Notes: generated from the letters alone by a model not told the origin. Counted from the stretch's first letter, positions 18,853-29,627 are shown. The stretch: 64,000 bases of DNA from Acidisoma sp. (GCF_965199065.1 NZ_CBDAQN010000002.1:48213-112212), one strand, 5' to 3'. Made by a program: numbers and translations.

Positions 18853-21800
18853 ATGCGCCTCACGCACGTCTTCATCGACCGGCCAATTCTGGCGACCGTC
18901 CTCAGCGTGTTCCTGACCCTGATCGGGCTGGGCGCGCTCGCGGTCCTGCCGATCGCGCAGTATCCGGAAATTGTGCCGCCAACGGTTCAGATCACCACCA
19001 CCTATCCCGGCGCCTCCGCCGAAACCGTCGCGAACACTGTCGCGACGCCGATCGAGCAGGAGGTCAACGGCGTCGAAAACATGCTCTACATGAGCAGCCA
19101 GTCCACGGGTGACGGCAAGCTTACGATCACTGTGACCTTCCGGATCGGCACCGACCTCAACGTCGCGCAGATGCTGACGCAAAACCGTGTCGAGGACGCG
19201 CTGCCGCGCCTTCCCGACGACGTGCAGCGTTTGGGCGTGCAGGTCCGGAAGTCGACACCCGATATTCTGCTCGCTGTTCACCTCATGTCGCCCAACCAGT
19301 CGCGCAGCGAACTCTACCTGTCGAACTACGCGACGCTGCATGTGAAGGATACGCTCGCCCGCCTTCCCGGGGTGGGCGATGTGCAGTTGTTCGGCGGCCG
19401 CGACTACGCCATGCGGATCTGGCTCGACCCGGACAAGATCGCCGCGCGCAACCTCGACGCGAGCGAGGTTCTGGCGGCGATCCAGGCGCAGAACGTGCAG
19501 GTTTCCGCCGGCATTCTCAACCAGCCGCCGATCGCCACACATGAAGCCTTCCAGCTCAACGTGCAGACGCTCGGCCGGCTTTCGACGCCCGAACAGTTTG
19601 CCAACATCCTCATCAAATCCGATGCCCAGGGACGCGTGACCCACCTGCGCGACATTGGCCGTGTCGAGATCGGCGCCGCAGATTATGGTTCGGCCGCCTA
19701 TATGGATCGCCTCGACGGTCTGCCGCTGCTCATCTTCTCGCAGCCGGGCGCCAACTCGCTGCAGGTGGCGCACGAGGTTCTGACAACGATGCAGACCTTG
19801 GCGCGGAGCTTCCCGGCCGGTGTCGGCTATCGCGTGATCTACAATCCCACCATCTTCGTCGCGAAGTCGGTGGATGAAGTCATCAAGACGATCTTCATCG
19901 CCATCGTGCTGGTCGTGTGCGTCGTCATCATGTTTCTGCAGACCTGGCGCGCCTCTCTCATCCCCGTCATCGCCATTCCAGTGTCCCTCATCGGGACCTT
20001 CGTGATCCTGGAGGCCGTTGGGATATCCCTCAACAACCTGTCGCTCTTCGGGCTCGTGCTGGCCGTCGGCATCGTGGTCGATGACGCCATCGTCGTGGTG
20101 GAGAACGTCGAGCGCAACCTGCGGCTTGGAATGACGCCGAAGGAGGCCGCGCACCGGACGATGGACGAGGTCGGCGGCGCGCTCATCGCCATCGCCATCG
20201 CGCTCTGCGCGGTGTTCGTGCCGACAGCCTTCCTCTCCGGTATCTCGGGGCAGTTCTTCCGCCAATTCGCCGTCACGATCTCGGCGTCGACGGTCATCTC
20301 CTGTCTCGTGTCCCTGACCCTGAGCCCGGCGCTCTGTGCGGTTCTGTTCAAGCCGCATCAGGTTCATGACAAGCGGCGGCAGGCGCTCGCGGTCAGGCTC
20401 GTCCGCGGCGGCTTCGCCCTGTTCAACCGTAGCTTCGAGCGGCTTTCGGACGGCTATGGAATTCTCACGAGCCGGCTTGTCCGCATGCTGGGCCTCGTGC
20501 TGGCTGTCTATCTCGGGCTGATCGCCCTGGCAGGCTTCCAGTTCGCACGCGCCCCGACCGGCTTCATTCCCGAGCAGGATCAGGGCTATCTCATCACGGT
20601 CTTGCAGCTGCCGGCAGGCGCCACGCTCAATCGCACTGAGGCGGTCGTGAAGCAGGCGACGGACATCATCCTCAAGACCCGCGGCATCGAGCACGCGGCC
20701 CCGTTCGCCGGGCTTGATGCGACGACGTTCACGGTCGCCTCCAACGCCGGCACCATCTTCAGCGGCCTCCCGTCGCTCTACAACCATTCGCTGCCCGGGG
20801 TGACGGCGACGACCGTCCTCGCCGACCTGCGCCGCCGACTGTCGGTGATCCAGGGCGCGTTCGTGCTCACCATTCCGCCGCCGCCGGTGCCCGGGCTCGG
20901 GAGCGCGGGCGGCTTCAAGATGATGCTGCAGGACCGCGGGGGAGTAGGACCCGATGCTCTGGCAAAGGCCGCGCAGACGCTCGTGGCGGCCGCCAACGCG
21001 GACCACGACTTCGCAGGTGTCTTCACCCTGTTCAGCACGCGCACGCCATCGGTCTACCTCGACATCGACCGCGAGAAGGCCGAGATGGTGGGGCTGACGC
21101 CGACCGACGTGTTCAACACGCTGCAGATTTACCTAGGCTCGCAATACGTCAACGACTTCAACTACCTTGGCCGCACCTACGAAGTCATCGCCCAGGCGGA
21201 TGGCCGCTTCCGCAGCAATGTCGGTGACATCAGCCGGCTGGAGGTGCGCAACGCAGCAGGTCAGATGGTCCCGATCAGCACCGTCGCGCGCTTCGCCGAA
21301 ACAACCGGACCGTACCGGGTGCCGCGCTACGACCTGTTCCCGGCCGCCGAGATCATGGGGACCGCCGCGCCCGGCATAGCCACGGGCACTGCCCTGGCGA
21401 GGATGGAGACGCTGGCGCACCAGGTGCTGCCGCCGGGTATCGGCTTCGAGTGGACCGACCTCGCCTTCCAGCAGGAGCAGAAGGGAACGCCGACGTTGCT
21501 GATCTTCGCCGCCTCCGCGCTCTTCGTGTTCCTGGTGCTCGCCGCGCAATACGAGAGCTGGAAGCTGCCGCTCGCCGTCATCCTGATCGTGCCGATGTGC
21601 CTGCTCGCCTCCGTCAGCGGCCTGTTGCTGCGGGGCATGCCGATCGACATCCTGGCGCAGATCGGCTTCGTCGTGCTGGTGGGCCTGGCGGCCAAGAACG
21701 CCATACTGATCGTGGAGTTCGCCCGTCAGGCCGAGGCGGAAGGAGCGACGCCGGCCAACGCCGCCGTGCATGCCGCCCGCACCCGTCTGCGTCCGATCCT

Positions 21801-22014
21801 GATGACCTCCTTCGCCTTCATCCTGGGCGTGGCGCCGCTTGTCGTCGCAACCGGCGCGGGCGCCGAACTGCGGCAATCCCTCGGCACGGCGGTCTTCTTC
21901 GGGATGCTGGGCGTGACAGGCTTCGGGCTGCTGTTCACCCCGGCCTTCTACACGATCGTCCGCACCATCGGGCGCAAGCAGACGGCGCCGGTGCGGCTGA
22001 AGGCGCCGGTCTGA
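18853..22014 (+). CDS. RND efflux permease (AcrB/HAE1-like)
   Basis: Canonical N-terminus MRLTHVFIDRPILATVLSVFLTLIGL at ATG 18853; the ORF-track start 18757 is an upstream extension. 12-TM architecture, about 1053 aa. Confidence 0.9.
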   Translation: MRLTHVFIDRPILATVLSVFLTLIGLGALAVLPIAQYPEIVPPTVQITTTYPGASAETVANTVATPIEQEVNGVENMLYMSSQSTGDGKLTITVTFRIGTDLNVAQMLTQNRVEDALPRLPDDVQRLGVQVRKSTPDILLAVHLMSPNQSRSELYLSNYATLHVKDTLARLPGVGDVQLFGGRDYAMRIWLDPDKIAARNLDASEVLAAIQAQNVQVSAGILNQPPIATHEAFQLNVQTLGRLSTPEQFANILIKSDAQGRVTHLRDIGRVEIGAADYGSAAYMDRLDGLPLLIFSQPGANSLQVAHEVLTTMQTLARSFPAGVGYRVIYNPTIFVAKSVDEVIKTIFIAIVLVVCVVIMFLQTWRASLIPVIAIPVSLIGTFVILEAVGISLNNLSLFGLVLAVGIVVDDAIVVVENVERNLRLGMTPKEAAHRTMDEVGGALIAIAIALCAVFVPTAFLSGISGQFFRQFAVTISASTVISCLVSLTLSPALCAVLFKPHQVHDKRRQALAVRLVRGGFALFNRSFERLSDGYGILTSRLVRMLGLVLAVYLGLIALAGFQFARAPTGFIPEQDQGYLITVLQLPAGATLNRTEAVVKQATDIILKTRGIEHAAPFAGLDATTFTVASNAGTIFSGLPSLYNHSLPGVTATTVLADLRRRLSVIQGAFVLTIPPPPVPGLGSAGGFKMMLQDRGGVGPDALAKAAQTLVAAANADHDFAGVFTLFSTRTPSVYLDIDREKAEMVGLTPTDVFNTLQIYLGSQYVNDFNYLGRTYEVIAQADGRFRSNVGDISRLEVRNAAGQMVPISTVARFAETTGPYRVPRYDLFPAAEIMGTAAPGIATGTALARMETLAHQVLPPGIGFEWTDLAFQQEQKGTPTLLIFAASALFVFLVLAAQYESWKLPLAVILIVPMCLLASVSGLLLRGMPIDILAQIGFVVLVGLAAKNAILIVEFARQAEAEGATPANAAVHAARTRLRPILMTSFAFILGVAPLVVATGAGAELRQSLGTAVFFGMLGVTGFGLLFTPAFYTIVRTIGRKQTAPVRLKAPV

Positions 22015-22031
22015 GAGCATCGGGGGCGGGG

Positions 22032-22496
22032 CTACTCGTCCCCGAAATCGGCCGCGGCCACCCGCAGCAGCGCCGCGCGCAGCCGGGCGGACTCGTCTTG
22101 GCCAATGGCTTCCTCGAAAGCCAACTGCGCGCGACGCCAGAGCTGGGTCCCCTTCGCGAGCATATCCCGTCCGGCTTTGGTGACGGAGACCTCCCGGCTG
22201 CGGCGATCCTGCCCGACCACGATCTTCACGTAGCCGCGCGCCTCGAGAGGGCGGAGGTTGTGGCCGAGCGTCGCCCTGTCCATGACGATGGCCTCGGCCA
22301 GGGGGATGATGGCGATCGGTCCGAGCCGGGCGATCTCGGTAAGCAGCGAGTATTGGGTGGAACGCAGGTTAAGGGGCGCGAGCGTACGGTCGAACAGCTG
22401 CGTGACCCGGCGCGTCGCCTGACGCAGGCAATAGCAGTCGCACTGCATCTCAACGTTTGCCATCTTATCCAACCCGGACGCGTCTACCCTACCCAT
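22032..22496 (-). CDS. MarR family transcriptional regulator
   Basis: 154 aa; ..LNLRSTQYSLLTEIARLGPIAIIPLAEAIVMDRATLGHNLRPLEARGYV..DRRSREVSVT.AG is a winged-helix MarR pattern. Confidence 0.85.
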   Translation of the reverse strand: MGRVDASGLDKMANVEMQCDCYCLRQATRRVTQLFDRTLAPLNLRSTQYSLLTEIARLGPIAIIPLAEAIVMDRATLGHNLRPLEARGYVKIVVGQDRRSREVSVTKAGRDMLAKGTQLWRRAQLAFEEAIGQDESARLRAALLRVAAADFGDE

Positions 22497-22572
22497 CGCC
22501 CTTATATGCGCGAAGGAGGCTTGACAATGATCCCGGTTTAACGCCGCTCAGAAGCGCGTGGAGCGCGCTACC

Positions 22573-25500
22573 CTAGTCCCGTGGGATCGTCGCGAGCGCA
22601 CGCCTCTCCTGGCCGACGGCAGGGACCGTCTTGACGCCCGAGAGGACCATGTAGACCGCCGGCACCACGAACAGCGTGAACAGCGTGCCGATGGCGAGGC
22701 CGCTTGCGATTACAACGCCCATGTTGATGCGGGATGCAGCGCCTGCGCCGGTGGCGAGGATCAGCGGCAACACGCCAAGCACCATTGCCGCTGTCGTCAT
22801 CAGGATCGGGCGAAGCCGGATGTTGGCGGCGTATTGGATAGCGTCCAATTTCGACCGGCCGGCCAGACGCGCCTCGTTCGCCACCTCCACGATCAGGATG
22901 CCATGTTTGGAGACGAGGCCCATCAGCGTGACGAGGCCGACCTCGGTGTAGATGTTGAGCGAGAGGCCGCCGAAGCCGAGATAGATGAAGATCATCGCGC
23001 CCGCGGTCGACATCGGCACCGAGACGAGGATGATCAGCGGGTCGCGGAAGGAGTTGAACAGGGCTGCGAGCGACAGAAAGATGATGATGACGGCGAAGCC
23101 GAAGGTGAGGATGAACCCGTTTCCCTCCTGGGTGAACTGGCGCATCTGGCCGCCGTAATCCACGGCATAGGATGGCGGCAGAATCTGAGACGCCAGCTGC
23201 TGCAGCGTGGCGATCGCCTCCTGCTGCGAGACGCCGGGAGCGGCCACGCCCTGGATGGTTGCGGAATTCTGCTGCTGAAAATGATCGATCGACTCCGGGA
23301 TCACTTCGGTCTTGATGGTCGCGATCGTGGAGAGCGGCACGTTGATGCCGTTGATGCTGGCGATGGGGTAATTCAGCAGATCCGAGACGTTCAGCCTGGC
23401 GTGGCGCTGGACCTGGGGAATGACCTTGTAAGACCGGCCGTCGAGCGAGAAGTAGTTGACGTAGCCGCCGCCGAGCGCCTCGGACAGGGCGGCGCCCACC
23501 TGATCCATGTTGAGGCCGATTTCGGCGGCCTTCGACCGGTCGATGTATACGGTCGCCTGCGGTTGGTCGATCTTGAGGTCGGTTTGCAGAAAGATAAACC
23601 GGCCGGTCTTCAGCGCCGCCGTCAGCAACTGCTTGGCAAGAGGATAGAGCACGCTGAAATCATCCGTGGTCTTCACCACGAACTGCACAGGGAGCCCCTG
23701 CGAGCCGGGCAGCGATGGCGGCTGGAAAGCGACGACCTGCTGACCCGCATCCTCATGGACCGCCTCGTTCTGCAGGATCGTCTGCAGCGTTGTCGCAGAC
23801 TTCGAACGCTGGTCCCACGGCTTGAGCACGGCACCCAGAATGTCCTGTCCCGGCACATCGATCTGGAAAGTGTGCGTGACTTCCGGATGCTTGAGCATCA
23901 GCTTGTTGAGATACTCGTCGTACCGGGTTGACTCGGAGATGGTGGCGTTGGGCGCATTGGTGGAAAAGAGGATCACCACGCCCTCATCCTCCTGCGGCGC
24001 CAACTCGCTCTTGGCGCCCTGCGCCAGGAACACGATGCTGCAGAGGATGATCGCGGCGAATACGAGCGTCACGGAGATCGTGTTCAGGCTGCTCGCCAGC
24101 AGCCGGGTGTAGGCCCGGTGCAGGCTGTCGAAACGGCGGTCGATGAAGACCACGAGCCGGCTCTCCAGGCCGCGGCTTCTCCGGTCGATCGGCTTGAGCA
24201 GGTGACCGCTCAGCATCGGCGTGAGCGTCAGCGCAACGATCGCGGAGATCGTCACCGCCCCCGCCAGCGTGAAGGCAAATTCGGTGAACAGTGCGCCCGT
24301 CAGGCCGGTCTGGAAGCCGATCGGGATATAGACGGAGATCAGAACGACCGTCATCGCGATGATCGGGCTGCCGAGTTCGCGCGCGGCGAGCAAAGCGGCA
24401 TCGAAAGGCCGCAAACCCTCGTCCAGATGCCGGTTGACGTTCTCGACCACGATGATTGCGTCATCGACGACGAGGCCAATGGCCAGAACGAGCGCCAGCA
24501 GGGTCAGCAGGTTGATGGAGAAGCCGAAGATCTGCATCATCGCGAAGGTGCCGACGAGCGACAGCGGGATGGCGATGACCGGTATCAACACGGAGCGCGG
24601 CGAGCCGAGGAAGGCGAAGACGACGAGCGTGACGATGACCAGCGCCTCGATCAACGCCGACAGCACATCATGGATCGAGGCGTTGACGAACTCGGTGGAG
24701 TCGTAGGCGATCGAGCCCTCGAGACCGCTCGGCAAGTTCGCGACGATGCCGGGAAAGACTTGGCGTATCCGGGCGATGACGCTCAGCAGGTTGGCGTTCG
24801 GCGCCACCTGGATGCCGACGAACACGCCCTCCTTGTTGTCGAAGGTGACGTGCTGGTCGTAGTTGTCCGCACCAAGCTCGACCGTGCCGACATCCTTCAG
24901 CCGGATGATGGCGTTGTTGGTCTGTCGCACGATGAGGTTTTGGAATTCGGCGGCACTGCTCAAGCCAGTCGACGCCGTCAGCGTGATCTGGGTTCCCTGC
25001 CCCTTTGTGTTTCCAAGGGCCGCGATAAAGTCGTTGTTCTGCAGCGCGCTGTAGACAGCGGTCGAGGTCAGGCCGTAGGAGGCCAGCTTCTGCGGATCAA
25101 GCCAGATGCGCATAGCGAAGTTCCGGCCGCCGAGAATTTCGGCCGTTTGCACGCCGCTCACGGCCTGAAGCCGCGGCTGCACGACGCGCGTCACGTAATC
25201 GGTGATCTGGTTGCCGCTCAGGACGTTGCTGCGGAAGGCGAGATACATCGCATCCAGCGTCTGCCCGACCTGAAGCACGAGCACCGGCTGCAAAGCGCCT
25301 GCGGGAAGCTGGTTGAGGATGGAACTGACCTTCGCGGAAATCTCGGTCAGCGCCTCATCCGGATCATGGTTGAGGATCAGGTTGATGGTGATGGTGCTGG
25401 TCGACGTCTGGCTGGTCGAGGTCATGTAATCGATGCCGTTGACCTGGGAGACGGCATTTTCGATGGGTGTCGTGATGAAGCCTGCAATCACCGAAGGATC

Positions 25501-25665
25501 GGCGCCGGAATAGGTGGTCGTGATGGTGATGGTGGCGTTTTCGGTCTTCGGATATTGCAGGATCTGCAGGCTACTGAGGGATTTCATCCCCAGCACGAGG
25601 ATGAGCGCGCTGACCACGAGAGAGAGAACAGGCCGGCGGATAAAGAGATCCGTAAAACCGCGCAT
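22573..25665 (-). CDS. RND efflux permease (MdtB/C-like)
   Basis: 1030 aa; N-terminus MRGFTDLFIRRPVLSLVVSALILVLG with typical RND repeats. Last gene of an OMF-MFP-RND operon. Confidence 0.9.
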   Translation of the reverse strand: MRGFTDLFIRRPVLSLVVSALILVLGMKSLSSLQILQYPKTENATITITTTYSGADPSVIAGFITTPIENAVSQVNGIDYMTSTSQTSTSTITINLILNHDPDEALTEISAKVSSILNQLPAGALQPVLVLQVGQTLDAMYLAFRSNVLSGNQITDYVTRVVQPRLQAVSGVQTAEILGGRNFAMRIWLDPQKLASYGLTSTAVYSALQNNDFIAALGNTKGQGTQITLTASTGLSSAAEFQNLIVRQTNNAIIRLKDVGTVELGADNYDQHVTFDNKEGVFVGIQVAPNANLLSVIARIRQVFPGIVANLPSGLEGSIAYDSTEFVNASIHDVLSALIEALVIVTLVVFAFLGSPRSVLIPVIAIPLSLVGTFAMMQIFGFSINLLTLLALVLAIGLVVDDAIIVVENVNRHLDEGLRPFDAALLAARELGSPIIAMTVVLISVYIPIGFQTGLTGALFTEFAFTLAGAVTISAIVALTLTPMLSGHLLKPIDRRSRGLESRLVVFIDRRFDSLHRAYTRLLASSLNTISVTLVFAAIILCSIVFLAQGAKSELAPQEDEGVVILFSTNAPNATISESTRYDEYLNKLMLKHPEVTHTFQIDVPGQDILGAVLKPWDQRSKSATTLQTILQNEAVHEDAGQQVVAFQPPSLPGSQGLPVQFVVKTTDDFSVLYPLAKQLLTAALKTGRFIFLQTDLKIDQPQATVYIDRSKAAEIGLNMDQVGAALSEALGGGYVNYFSLDGRSYKVIPQVQRHARLNVSDLLNYPIASINGINVPLSTIATIKTEVIPESIDHFQQQNSATIQGVAAPGVSQQEAIATLQQLASQILPPSYAVDYGGQMRQFTQEGNGFILTFGFAVIIIFLSLAALFNSFRDPLIILVSVPMSTAGAMIFIYLGFGGLSLNIYTEVGLVTLMGLVSKHGILIVEVANEARLAGRSKLDAIQYAANIRLRPILMTTAAMVLGVLPLILATGAGAASRINMGVVIASGLAIGTLFTLFVVPAVYMVLSGVKTVPAVGQERRALATIPRD

Positions 25666-25674
25666 GTTGGGCGC

Positions 25675-26838
25675 CTATTCGTTCGGCGGGTTTGGATTGG
25701 GCGAGTTTGGTACAGGCACCGCGTTGTTGACTGTCACGGTCGAGCCGTTGTGGATTTTCAGCTGTCCGGCGGTGACCACCAGATCGCCCGGGGAGACGCC
25801 CTTCAGGATCGACACCTGGTCGCCGCGCGTATCGCCGAGCTGCACGAACGTCTGCTGGGCGATCAACGCCGGCTTGCCGGCATGATCTGTCCCCTTATGC
25901 AGCAGATAGACCGTATCGCCATAGGGGTTATAGGTTATCGCCGTCTGCGGCAGCGTCACCAGGGTCGCGGGCGAGCCGACCGCGATGGTGACGGTTGCGA
26001 ACATGCCCGGCCGGAGGAGCAGCGACGGGTTCGCGATCTTCGCGCGGACCTGCACGGTACGGGTTGCCGTGTCGACCTCGGAGTTGATCGCACTGATCGT
26101 GCCGGGGAACTTCCGGTCCGGGAAGGCGTCGATAGACGCCGAGACCGCCTGGCCGGTCCGGATCTGCGCGAGCGCCTGCTGAGGCAGATAAAAGTCCACG
26201 AAGAGCGGATCGAGCTGCTGCAGAGATACGATGTTGGTCCCTGCAGCGAGATACTGGCCGAGGTTGACCTGACGAATACCGAGCGTGCCGGTGAACGGCG
26301 CCTTCACCACCTTCTCCGCCATCTCCGCGAGTTGCCCCTGCACCTGCGCCTGCGCCGCGAGATAGGTGGCGCGGTCCGTATCCACCTGAGCCGCGCTGAC
26401 GGCATCGGCCCGGAACTGCTTGCGGTCGCGGTCGTAGTTGCTCTCGTCGACTGCCGCGGTCGCCTGCAGTTGCGCGAGCACGGCCGGGTCATTGTTGGCG
26501 CGCAGCGTCAACAGGGTCTGCCCGGCGACGACGTCATCGCCGGATTCGAAGTTTATCGTATCGACGATGCCCGAGACCTGGGCGGACAGGTTTGCGCCGT
26601 TGATGGCGACCACGCTGCCGACGGCGCTCATCGACGATTGCCAGGTGCTTTCCGATGCGGTGATGTTCGACACGGTCTGCGGCGCGAACGGCAATTGCGC
26701 CAGGAACTTCCCGATGAAATGCGCCTTCAACGCCCCCCACCCGAAGACGAGCCCGAACAGAAGCGCCAGAACCGCCACGACGACGACGAGACGTCTGACT
26801 ACGCGCATGGGTCGCCTCCTCGGGATCACGGCATCCAT
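25675..26838 (-). CDS. RND efflux periplasmic adaptor
   Basis: 387 aa; ..AQVSGIVDTINFESGDDVVAGQTLLTLR.. plus coiled-coil hairpin and beta-barrel motifs. Confidence 0.9.
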   Translation of the reverse strand: MDAVIPRRRPMRVVRRLVVVVAVLALLFGLVFGWGALKAHFIGKFLAQLPFAPQTVSNITASESTWQSSMSAVGSVVAINGANLSAQVSGIVDTINFESGDDVVAGQTLLTLRANNDPAVLAQLQATAAVDESNYDRDRKQFRADAVSAAQVDTDRATYLAAQAQVQGQLAEMAEKVVKAPFTGTLGIRQVNLGQYLAAGTNIVSLQQLDPLFVDFYLPQQALAQIRTGQAVSASIDAFPDRKFPGTISAINSEVDTATRTVQVRAKIANPSLLLRPGMFATVTIAVGSPATLVTLPQTAITYNPYGDTVYLLHKGTDHAGKPALIAQQTFVQLGDTRGDQVSILKGVSPGDLVVTAGQLKIHNGSTVTVNNAVPVPNSPNPNPPNE

Positions 26839-26841
26839 GGA

Positions 26842-28401
26842 TTACTCCGACTCACTGGCCGTTTTCGGTGCGGTGATTGGGACGAACAGCCCACAGCAAT
26901 CCGTGGCGGCGGGCGCTACGTCCTGACGGTGCCACCAGCCGCCGCCGAGCGCCTGGAACAAAGCAGCGGTATCGCTCAGGCGCGCGGCTTGGGCTCTGAC
27001 GCGCGAGATCACCGCGTTCTGATAGGTCGTCTGCGCCGTCAGAACCGCCGTGAACGGTTGACCGCCCAGCTGATACTGGTCGCGCGTCACCGCGAGACTA
27101 CGCCCGGAGGCGTGCTCCGCAAGCTCAGCCGCTTGCAGCGTCGCCGCATCATACTGGAGGCTTTGGAGAGTGTTCGCCACGTTCTGAAACGCTGTCAGCA
27201 CCGTCGCCTGATAGGTCTGGCCGGCCGCTCGCAAGGCAGCGATCGCGGAGAGCCGTCTCGCCCGGAGCGTCCCGCCCTCGAAAATCGGCTGGGTGACGCC
27301 GGCCACCAGGCTCCACAACAAACTCGCCGGGGTGAACAGCGTGGCCGTCGTCAGCGCCTCGTATCCGACCTCGGGCGTCAGGGAGATTTGCGGCAGCAAG
27401 TTCGCGGTCGCGACGCCGACATTCGCCGATGCTTCATGCAACTGCGCCGCCGCCTCCTGTATGTCGGGCCGCTGATCGACCAGGGACGACGGCAGACTAA
27501 CCGGCAGGTCGGTCGGCAGATCAAGCGAATTCAGCGTGAAGTCTGCTGCGTGAAAATTTGCCGGAAGGGCGCCGACATAATCCGCAAGTTGATTGCGCGC
27601 CTGGGCCAGTTGCTGTTCCAGCGGCGGCAGCGTGGCTTCCTCGTTCAGCACGGTCGCCTGCTGGTTCAGCACGTTCGCGCGCGCTACGCCGCCGAGCGCC
27701 ACCTGCGTATTCAAAATGTTCAGTTGCTGCCGGTCGGCCGTGATGATCTGGTTCGTCGCGTCGATCTGGGCGCGGTAAGATGCCTCCGTGACCGCCGCCG
27801 TCACGATATTGTCGGTCAGCGTGAGATAGGATGCCTCGAGCTCGTAGCGTTCGTAATCCGCCTGCGCCTGCAGACTCTGCACCTGCCGGCGAACGCCGCC
27901 GAACACGTCGGGGCTGTACGACACGCTCACGCTTGCATTGAACAAGTTAAAGGGTGGAACGATCACGGCGCCCGATGAGGCCGCACCGGTCTCACCGACG
28001 TTCGCGAACTCCGCCGACGAGATCTTTGTGCGCTCAGCCTGGAAGTTGCCGGAAATGGTGGGGAACAACGACCCCTGCTCGGCGCGAACATTCTCCTCTG
28101 CTTCGATCAGCGTCTGTTGCGCGGCCGCGAGCGTCGGGTTGCGAGCGAGGCCTGCGTCAATCAGGCTGGTCAGTTCCGGCGAGTGGAACAGGCTCCACCA
28201 ATCGCCGGCAATATCGGCTCCGGAAATAAAATGCTGCGCCAGACCATTCGCGGTCTGTGTCGTCCCCGGCAAGGGCTCCGGCGTATAGCCAGCCACCGCC
28301 GGCGCGCCCGGCTGATGATAATCCGGACCAACCGCGCAAGCATTCACAGCAAGCGGCAAAACGATAGCGAGCGCAGCGTAATGGAAACCCGTTGGTTTCA
28401 T
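26842..28401 (-). CDS. efflux outer-membrane factor lipoprotein (NodT family)
   Basis: Likely start is internal: MKPTGFHYAALAIVLPLAVNAC (lipobox-like). Two OEP repeats; ends ..ALGGGW. Confidence 0.85.
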   Translation of the reverse strand: MKPTGFHYAALAIVLPLAVNACAVGPDYHQPGAPAVAGYTPEPLPGTTQTANGLAQHFISGADIAGDWWSLFHSPELTSLIDAGLARNPTLAAAQQTLIEAEENVRAEQGSLFPTISGNFQAERTKISSAEFANVGETGAASSGAVIVPPFNLFNASVSVSYSPDVFGGVRRQVQSLQAQADYERYELEASYLTLTDNIVTAAVTEASYRAQIDATNQIITADRQQLNILNTQVALGGVARANVLNQQATVLNEEATLPPLEQQLAQARNQLADYVGALPANFHAADFTLNSLDLPTDLPVSLPSSLVDQRPDIQEAAAQLHEASANVGVATANLLPQISLTPEVGYEALTTATLFTPASLLWSLVAGVTQPIFEGGTLRARRLSAIAALRAAGQTYQATVLTAFQNVANTLQSLQYDAATLQAAELAEHASGRSLAVTRDQYQLGGQPFTAVLTAQTTYQNAVISRVRAQAARLSDTAALFQALGGGWWHRQDVAPAATDCCGLFVPITAPKTASESE

Positions 28402-28504
28402 CAAATCCACGTAGCGGGGTTTCGAGAACGCGTCAAGCATGACATGAACTATCTCAGACCATGAATAAACTTGTAAGTTTCCAAAAGGTCTCTATCAGAT
28501 AGTT

Positions 28505-29215
28505 ATGATTAAATCGGTCAGAGGATCGCCGGGAGCAGGGGCGCGGCGGCCGGCGGCGGCCGACGCTGTCAAAGTGATGGTCCTCATCCAGGCGGCGGAA
28601 GAGGTTTTCCTCGCCAAAGGCTATCATTCGGCGACCATGGACGACGTCGCGCAAGCTGCCGGCATGTCCAAAAAGACGGTATATCAACTCATCCACTCCA
28701 AATACGAGCTGTTCATGGCTCTGCTCGACCACTATCAGCAGCGGCTTGTCGTGCCCGAGCCGGAGCCGGATTGGAGCGAGCAGCGCATCCTGGTGGAGCA
28801 GTTGCTTGCTCTGGCGAACTTCCTACTGTCGCCGGCACAGCTTGCCATCATCCGCCTGATCATGGCGGAGTACACGAACAGCCCGGACCTCAGTCGCGCG
28901 TTTCACCAGAGCCGCGTCAAGAAGGCGAAGGCGAGGCTGGAAGCCTGCCTTGTGGCCGTCGCGTCGAAGCAAAACGCCCGTTTCAAAGACCTCAGCGAAA
29001 TGTCGGCAATGCTGTTCGGCATGACGATCGGCGAGTTTCACCTCAGCGTGCTAGTCGGGTTCCGGGCGCCCCCCACAAAGGCGCTGCTCGAACGGCGCAT
29101 CCGGCAAGGGGTCGCGATGTTCCTGGCCGGCACGGCTTGCGCGCTGGAGCCAGCGCTTCCCGAACGCCCGGTCAGTCCCTCTCTGAAGTCGAAGAGGCTA
29201 GCTGCTGCTCGATAG
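28505..29215 (+). CDS. TetR/AcrR family transcriptional regulator
   Basis: ..AAEEVFLAKGYHSATMDDVAQAAGMSKKTVYQLIHSK.. is a TetR HTH. Divergent from the OMF-MFP-RND operon. Confidence 0.9.
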   Translation: MIKSVRGSPGAGARRPAAADAVKVMVLIQAAEEVFLAKGYHSATMDDVAQAAGMSKKTVYQLIHSKYELFMALLDHYQQRLVVPEPEPDWSEQRILVEQLLALANFLLSPAQLAIIRLIMAEYTNSPDLSRAFHQSRVKKAKARLEACLVAVASKQNARFKDLSEMSAMLFGMTIGEFHLSVLVGFRAPPTKALLERRIRQGVAMFLAGTACALEPALPERPVSPSLKSKRLAAAR

Positions 29216-29605
29216 CGGCTCGGCGATACTTTCCAGAGACTTGCCCTCGGCATCGATCCCGAGCTTCGCCTCGACGCCCGCCGCGATCAACATCAATGCC
29301 GCCGCGATGATGTAGCCGATGCTCACCGACCACTCGTGGCCGGTGGCGATCAGCACGCCGAAGAGCAGTGGCGCCACGATCCCGCCCAGAGCAGTGCCGA
29401 TGGCGTAGAAAACCGCCAAAGCAAGTGCCCGGGTCTCGAGCGGAAAGATTTCACTCGTCGTGAGGTAGGCGGAGCTCGCGGCGGTGGATGAGAAGAAGAA
29501 GATCACCATCCAGGCCGCCATCTGGCTTGCCGTCCGGCGACCAATGAGCCGGACGCCCAGCAGCAACACCCAGTAGGCGACAGCAGCCCGCAACACGACA
29601 CTCAT
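29198..29605 (-). pseudogene. C-terminal fragment of an MFS transporter (truncated remnant)
   Basis: 135 aa with only about 4 TM helices, including YLTTSEIFPLETRALALAVFYAIGTALGG (MFS TM10-11 region). No upstream MFS half. Overlaps the TetR gene 3' end by 18 nt. Confidence 0.6.
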
Positions 29606-29627
29606 GGGCAGTCCCCAAAGTACGTTG

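Noticed and set aside
18718-21006. 762-aa minus-strand ORF
   Set aside because: Antisense to the plus-strand RND pump, which has canonical motifs. Composition is R/D/E/G/H-biased and lacks domain signatures.
24118-27978. 1286-aa plus-strand ORF, the second-longest in the track
   Set aside because: It runs antisense across three well-supported minus-strand genes (RND pump, adaptor, OMF). The translation is Arg/Asp/Gly/His-rich with no motifs. This is the typical stop-free antisense frame of GC-rich coding DNA.
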